Assembly (NCBI GenBank): GCA_044866005.1
Contig: JBIOTN010000232.1
Location: 1 to 60,746 of the forward strand
Direction of reading: 5' to 3'
DNA from: Candidatus Rokuibacteriota bacterium
Lineage (GTDB): Bacteria; Methylomirabilota; Methylomirabilia; Rokubacteriales; DASRDR01
DNA: 60,746 nucleotides
Position numbers and translations under genes: made by a program. Positions 55,531 to 60,746 of the stretch are shown here, in pieces; position 1 is the first letter of the stretch; each line of letters begins with the position of its first letter. Below the pieces are notes generated by a model. That model saw only the letters and a program-made list of their open reading frames with translations, was not told the DNA's origin and did no database searches.

Positions 55531-55670
55531 GAGGCGCCTCCTTTGGCCCCCCGGGGATTCCGGGGTCGATGCCTTCCGCACCCTGGTTCACGCCCCGGAC
55601 ATGCGGAAGAGCCATCGGAGGCGAGGCCAGATTCGATCCGCTCAGGGCGGGCAGAACCCGACGAGACACC
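55531..55670 (-). ncRNA. Conserved structured 5' leader of an RRM gene (copy 2)
   Basis: Same blocks as 49032-49165; candidate -10 TACACT at 55674-55679. Confidence 0.6.
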
Positions 55671-55679
55671 CGGAGTGTA

Positions 55680-56244
55680 TCACGTGACCGATCCACGCCA
55701 CGGGAAAAATGCAAGGATGGGTTGCGCCCGGCTCACGACGCCGGCGCGGCGGGCGGGCGGCGGGCGGGCGCCCGGGCCCGAGCACGAGCCAATCCGGTCT
55801 CGGCGCCCGTCAGGACCGTCGCTCCTTCGTTCCATCGTCGCCAGGATCGACACGACCGCGGTGAGACGCCGAGCATCGACCGGCTTCGGCACGTGATACT
55901 GGAACCCCGCTCGCATCAGCTCGGCCCGGTCCTCCGCGCTGTGAAGCCCCGTCAGGGCCACCGCCGGGATCTCCCCGCCCTCGCTCGGCCGCGAGCGCGC
56001 GCACCTTCCGGATCAACGCGTAGCCGTCTTCTCCCGGCATCTCGACATCCGAGATCAGCACGTGTGGCCGCTCACGCTCGAGGACCTCCAGCGCCTCCCT
56101 GACCGCGGAGACCGCCGCCACCAGCGCGCCATAGCGTTCGAGCAGCTGAGTGATGACCTCACGCACGCCGGGATGGTCGTCTACGAGAAGAACCCCCACG
56201 CCATCGAGCGAACGAACGCCGTCCGCTCCGTCAGGCTCGCTCAT
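55680..56244 (-). pseudogene. Stand-alone response regulator receiver with a +1 frameshift
   Basis: LLVDD..ISDVEMPGEDGY in one frame and EIPAVALT..AGFQYHVPKPVD in another; shift in a G-rich stretch near 55975-55980. Confidence 0.75.
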
Positions 56245-56510
56245 GGATCACTCCGCACGGCACACCCTTCTGCCGGTTTCCGCACTGCCCGGACCACCGC
56301 GTCCGGCCCGTAGGGCGGGCCGACGACGACCGGCTGAAGATCTTCCGGCCGGATCAGGACCTTGAGCGCGGCTTCGTCCGTCGTCGTCCGGACCCGGCCC
56401 CGGCGCTTGAGCCAGTCGGTCGTGGTCAGCAGGTGGACGAAGTTGAGGTGCTGCTCGTACGGCCGGGGAAGATCGAACAGAACGACCTGCGGGTCGTGGT
56501 ACGGGCGGGC
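56241..56510 (-). pseudogene. Degenerate atypical receiver-like fragment
   Basis: HDPQVVLFDLPRPYEQ..TTTDE..VVGPPY..VRAV; no convincing start codon. Confidence 0.35.
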
Positions 56511-56546
56511 CCTCCCCGCAAGAGGGCGTCTCCCCCGGGGTGCCGC

Positions 56547-56576
56547 TTGACGGCCCGGAGGCCGCTCCACTATAGT
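56547..56576 (+). promoter_or_regulatory. Sigma-70 promoter for the second Liv-type operon
   Basis: TTGACG-N18-TATAGT. Confidence 0.65.
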
Positions 56577-56644
56577 CCGCGGTGAGCCCGACCCCGCCTG
56601 TCGAAGGCTCCCTGACCGGCGCAACCCGAACAGCGAGGGCCATC

Positions 56645-57790
56645 ATGACACGCGCACGCCACCTGCTCGACGCGATCGCCCCGGGCCTGTTGGCGCTGCT
56701 CGCCGTGACGTCCGGCGCCCAGGCCGCCGACTACTACATGCCGATCGTCATGCCCATCACGGGCTTTCTCTCCGTGGAAGGCGGGAGTCAGCGGAACGGC
56801 GCCGTGATGGCGCTGGACAACGCGCCGGCCGGCGTCAAGGTGGAGTATCAGATCTTCGATACCGGGACGTCGGCCACGGGCGCCGCGAGTGCCCTGGACA
56901 AGGCGCTGAGCGGCCGGAAGGCCATCGCCGTCGCCACGTCGGTGTTCGGGACGGAAATGGTCGCCATGATGCCCGTGGCCGCGGAGTACAAGGTGCCGCT
57001 GATCACCATCTCCGGCCTGTCGCGGATTACCGAAAGCGGCAATCCGTACATCTTTCGGTTCCTCCCGAACGACCGGGAGATCAAGGTCGCCCATGCCCGG
57101 TACGTGGTCCAGGTCCTGAAGAAGACGAAGCCGGCGCTGATCAGCGACACGACGGCCTACGGACAGGGCGGGTTCAAGCTCCTGCAGGAGGACTTCGCCA
57201 AGCTCGGCGTGAAGCCCGCCTACGAGGACTCGTCCATCGCGCCGGACACCAAGGACATGTCGCCGCTCCTCACGAAGGTGAAGGCCGCCGGCGCGGACTC
57301 GATCGTGGTCCACTCGGTCGCGCCCCCCATGGCGCTGATCGTCAAGCAGGCCAAGGCGGCCGGCATGAATGTCCCCATCATCACCGGCTCCTCGCTGGTC
57401 GAGCCCACGGCGACCGCGCTCTTCGAGCCGGGTGAGCTGGCCAACGTCTGCGCGGAGACGCCCTCGGCGCCGGAGGCCCGCGCCACGCCCGAGATCAGGC
57501 GATGGGCCGACGCCTACAAGAAGCGCTTCGGCCTCGAGCCGGACGGGCTCGCGCTCGGCCAGTACGACGGCGTGATGATGGCGCTCGCGCTGATCGCCAA
57601 GGGCGCGAAGACGCCGGAGGAGCTGCGCGCGGCGTTCCACGCGAACACCCACAAGGGCGTCGCCATGACCTACAAGTCCAACGGACATGGGGACATGGCT
57701 CACGACGCGGACATCGTCTGCTGGGACGGCAAGTCCCGGATTCCGAAGATCGCCGCGCACTACGCCGGGAAAGACCTCGTGCTGCCGTGA
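56645..57790 (+). CDS. ABC substrate-binding protein (LivK-like)
   Basis: ATG at 56645; signal peptide, MPITG, GNPYIFRF, YGQGG. Confidence 0.88.
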   Translation: MTRARHLLDAIAPGLLALLAVTSGAQAADYYMPIVMPITGFLSVEGGSQRNGAVMALDNAPAGVKVEYQIFDTGTSATGAASALDKALSGRKAIAVATSVFGTEMVAMMPVAAEYKVPLITISGLSRITESGNPYIFRFLPNDREIKVAHARYVVQVLKKTKPALISDTTAYGQGGFKLLQEDFAKLGVKPAYEDSSIAPDTKDMSPLLTKVKAAGADSIVVHSVAPPMALIVKQAKAAGMNVPIITGSSLVEPTATALFEPGELANVCAETPSAPEARATPEIRRWADAYKKRFGLEPDGLALGQYDGVMMALALIAKGAKTPEELRAAFHANTHKGVAMTYKSNGHGDMAHDADIVCWDGKSRIPKIAAHYAGKDLVLP

Positions 57791-57818
57791 CCCGCCGGTA
57801 GGGGCGCGCCGCCGGCCG

Positions 57819-58691
57819 ATGTCCCTGCTGCAGCTCCTCGTCAACGGAGTTGCGCTGGGCGCGGTCTATGCGCTGGTCGCGCTGGGGTTCGTCTTCATCG
57901 TCAACGCCACCGGCGCCGTCAACTTCGCTCACGGTGACCTCGTCATGGCCGGCGGCTACGTCGCCGTCACCCTCGGGTCGATGCTGCCCTTCCCGGTCAT
58001 CGTCTTGCTGCCGCTGGTGGCGATCGTCATGTTCGCCGTCGGGCTCCTGCTGTCGCTGGTGGCGTATTTCCCCTTGATCCGGAAACCGCCGGCCACGGTG
58101 TTCATCAGTACCCTGCTCTGCGGGGTCATCCTGGAAAACGTCTTCATCGTCGCCTTCGGGCCGTCGGCGCGAGCGGGCCCGCCGCTCCTCAAGAGCGGCA
58201 CCATCCGGCTCGAGGGGCTCGAGATCAGCATCCAGGCCGTGGGGACGGTCGTCGTGGCCGGCATCCTGATCGCGCTCCAGTATCTGCTGTTCTCCCGCAC
58301 CCAGATCGGGCGACGCTTGCGGGCGACCGCCGAGGATCGGGACATGGCGCAGGCAGTGGGCATCCCGACCCATACCCTGATCGCCGTCACCTTCGGGCTG
58401 GGCACCGCCCTGGCGGGGGTCGCCGGGGCCCTGCTGGCGAACCAGTTCTTCGTCTCGCCCACCGGCGGCGTCTCGCTGAGCGTGTATGCCTACATGGCCG
58501 TCGTGCTGGGCGGTTGGGGGAGCATCGCGGGCGCCGTGATCGGCGCGATGGTCATCTCGCTCTTTCAGGTCGTCGTGTCCGCCTACGTGTCCTATGCCGT
58601 CGCGACCGGCTTGCTCTACCTGACGCTGCTCGCCATCTTCTTCTTCCGGCCTCAGGGCATTCTTGGCCAGCGCATCCAGCGCCGGGCCTAG
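57819..58691 (+). CDS. livH: ABC permease (LivH-like)
   Basis: VNFAHGD, VLGGWGS, RPQGILG. Confidence 0.9.
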   Translation: MSLLQLLVNGVALGAVYALVALGFVFIVNATGAVNFAHGDLVMAGGYVAVTLGSMLPFPVIVLLPLVAIVMFAVGLLLSLVAYFPLIRKPPATVFISTLLCGVILENVFIVAFGPSARAGPPLLKSGTIRLEGLEISIQAVGTVVVAGILIALQYLLFSRTQIGRRLRATAEDRDMAQAVGIPTHTLIAVTFGLGTALAGVAGALLANQFFVSPTGGVSLSVYAYMAVVLGGWGSIAGAVIGAMVISLFQVVVSAYVSYAVATGLLYLTLLAIFFFRPQGILGQRIQRRA

Positions 58692-58710
58692 CCCACGCCC
58701 GCGACGAGCG

Positions 58711-60504
58711 GTGGGCCGGGCATGGGGTGCGTCATCCGGGCTTCTCCGCGGAGACCGCCTCCCCTTGGCCCTGGGCTCCGTCGCGCTCGGCGTCTACGCG
58801 CTGTTCTTCGCGGGCCCGTACAACCTGCGGATCCTGACGATCTGCGGCATCTACACGCTGCTGGTCCTGGGATTCCAGTTCGTGTTCGGACACGCCGGCG
58901 CCGTGTCGCTCGCCCAGGCCACCTTCTTCGGCCTGGGCGGCTACGTCACCGGCATCCTGAGCGTCCGGCTCGGCTGGGACTTTCCGGTGACGTTCCCGCT
59001 CTCGGTCCTCGTCCCGGCCGCCCTCGCGGTGATCGTGGCGGTCCCCGTGCTGAAGCTCGAAGAGCACTACTTCGCCCTGGCCACGCTCGGCATCGGGCTC
59101 GTGGTGCTGCTCCTGGCCATCCAGTGGGACAGCGTGACGGGCGGCACGAACGGCCTGCCCGGGATCCCGTCCATCCGCCTGGGGGGGAGCGAGATCGGCG
59201 ACCGGCAGTCGGTCCTGGTGCTCGTGTGGGCGCTCGTCATCCTGGGAGCGGGGCTCGCGTTCCAGCTGGTCCGCGGCCTCCATGGCCAGGCCTTCCATCT
59301 GATGCGCGAGAACCCCTGGGCGGCGCTGTCGGTGGGCTTGAACCCGGCCGAGCTCCGGTTCGCCGCCTTCGTCCTCAGCGCCGCCTACGGCGGGGCAGCC
59401 GGCGCCCTGATGGCGCACGTCATCCACGTGGTGTCGCCCGAGAACCTCGATCTTCCCCTCATGGTGACGTGTCTGACGATGACCGTGATCGGGGGACGGA
59501 CCAGGATCTCCGGCGCGGTGCTGGGGGCGCTCCTCATCGTCTACCTGCGCGAGTGGTTCCGGGTGCTCGAGAACTACTATCTGATCGCCTACGGGACGGC
59601 CACCCTCCTCGTCCTCGTCCTCGCCCCCTACGGGCTCATCGGCGCCCTGGAGCGGATCCGTGACCGGCTCGTGCCGAAGCCCACGGGCCCGGCGCCGCGG
59701 GCCGCTCCCCTCCCGCCGGCCCGGGGTACCGCGTCCGGGCGCGACCGGCCGCTGCTCAGCGTGGAGCACGTCGTCATGGCCTTCGGCGGCGTACGCGCGC
59801 TCGACGACGTGAGCTTCGCGCTCACCGAAGGGGAGATCGTCGGGTTGATCGGCCCGAACGGGTCGGGCAAGACGACGCTCCTCAACGTCGTGTCCGGCCT
59901 CTACGTCCCCGACGCCGGGCGCCTCCGCTTTTCCGACCGAGACATCACGCGCTCGCCGCCGTACCGCATCGCGCGACTGGGCATCGCGCGCACGTTCCAG
60001 CAGACCCATCTCGTCGAGGAGCTGAGCGTGCTTGACAACATCTCGGTCGCGCGCACGAGTGTCGACGGCGCCGGCCTGCTGCGCTCCGTCCTCACCTTCG
60101 GCACGGACCCCCGGCTGGAGCGAGCCCGCGCCGTCGGCATGACGGCCGCCGACGTGCTCGGCGTCGCGACGATCGCAATGGAGCCGTGCCACCGCCTGCC
60201 CTACGGCACCCGGCGGCGTGTCGAGGTGGCGCGGGCGCTGGCGACGGCGCCCCGGCTCCTGCTCCTCGACGAGCCGGCGGCCGGGCTGAACGAGGACGAG
60301 CAACGCGACCTGGCGCGCCGCATCCAGCGCATCGCCGAGAGCGGGGTCACCATCCTCGTCGTGGAGCACAATCTGGCGTTCCTGAGCCTGCTCGCCAGGC
60401 GCTGGATCTGCCTGGATCGCGGAAAGGTCATCGCGTTCGGCGTGCCCGAGCAGGTGCAGCAAGACCCCGGCGTGATCACCGCGTACCTCGGCACGGCGGA
60501 CTGA
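58711..60504 (+). CDS. Fused ABC permease-ATPase (LivM-LivG); start uncertain
   Basis: [16 protein letters not shown], then [26 protein letters not shown]. Confidence 0.9.
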   Translation: MGRAWGASSGLLRGDRLPLALGSVALGVYALFFAGPYNLRILTICGIYTLLVLGFQFVFGHAGAVSLAQATFFGLGGYVTGILSVRLGWDFPVTFPLSVLVPAALAVIVAVPVLKLEEHYFALATLGIGLVVLLLAIQWDSVTGGTNGLPGIPSIRLGGSEIGDRQSVLVLVWALVILGAGLAFQLVRGLHGQAFHLMRENPWAALSVGLNPAELRFAAFVLSAAYGGAAGALMAHVIHVVSPENLDLPLMVTCLTMTVIGGRTRISGAVLGALLIVYLREWFRVLENYYLIAYGTATLLVLVLAPYGLIGALERIRDRLVPKPTGPAPRAAPLPPARGTASGRDRPLLSVEHVVMAFGGVRALDDVSFALTEGEIVGLIGPNGSGKTTLLNVVSGLYVPDAGRLRFSDRDITRSPPYRIARLGIARTFQQTHLVEELSVLDNISVARTSVDGAGLLRSVLTFGTDPRLERARAVGMTAADVLGVATIAMEPCHRLPYGTRRRVEVARALATAPRLLLLDEPAAGLNEDEQRDLARRIQRIAESGVTILVVEHNLAFLSLLARRWICLDRGKVIAFGVPEQVQQDPGVITAYLGTAD

Positions 60505-60514
60505 GGTCGAGCCG

Positions 60515-60746
60515 ATGACCGCGAGCCGGCCCGAGACGGGTCCCGCGTCGATGGACGCGCTCCTGGCCGTCGAGGGCCTCAGCGTCGACTACGGGTCGGT
60601 CACCGCCCTGCGGAACGTCAGCCTGGAGGTCCGGAGCGGCGAGGCCGTCGCGCTCATCGGCGCGAACGGCGCGGGGAAATCGACGCTCTTCAAGGCCATC
60701 CTGGGCTTCCTCCCGCCGCGCCGCGGCCGGATCACGTTCGCGGGGC
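60515..60746 (+). CDS. livF: ABC ATP-binding protein (LivF-like), truncated by the window end
   Basis: ATG at 60515 or 60551; [24 protein letters not shown]. Confidence 0.85.
   Translation, partial: MTASRPETGPASMDALLAVEGLSVDYGSVTALRNVSLEVRSGEAVALIGANGAGKSTLFKAILGFLPPRRGRITFAG

Overview
Very GC-rich bacterial window. Gene content and intergenic repeat style suggest Candidatus Rokubacteria/Methylomirabilota, but this is inference because no marker gene is present. From left to right: (1) a Liv-type ABC operon with an embedded ModA-like binding protein; (2) a divergent 11-gene catabolic operon (cysteine-synthase-like PLP enzyme, CoA-transferase A/B, LLM oxidoreductase, PxpA, isochorismatase, sugar-type ABC transporter, PxpB); (3) a sulfur/selenium-like cluster (MetE core, DinB-methyltransferase fusion, frameshifted methyltransferase, trans-sulfuration enzyme fused to two NifU domains, DJ-1, MFS, persulfide-dioxygenase-like MBL protein, divergent CysL-like LysR); (4) a DddP-like/UbiD/TAXI-TRAP region; (5) an IorAB plus cytochrome c operon; (6) an RND efflux operon and an Os1348/NHLP-like small gene flanking a sigma-54 activator; (7) rpsU, three RRM genes and many small ORFs; (8) a second Liv-type operon. 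Four signals stand out. The MBL protein has an in-frame UGA at a probable Cys position followed by a SECIS-like hairpin, making it a candidate selenoprotein. A mirror-symmetric pair of 41-bp sites each lies exactly 80 bp from a sigma-54-type promoter. Two RRM genes share a conserved structured 5' leader. A third RRM gene appears to start at AUU. No rRNA, tRNA, CRISPR array or transposase was recognised.
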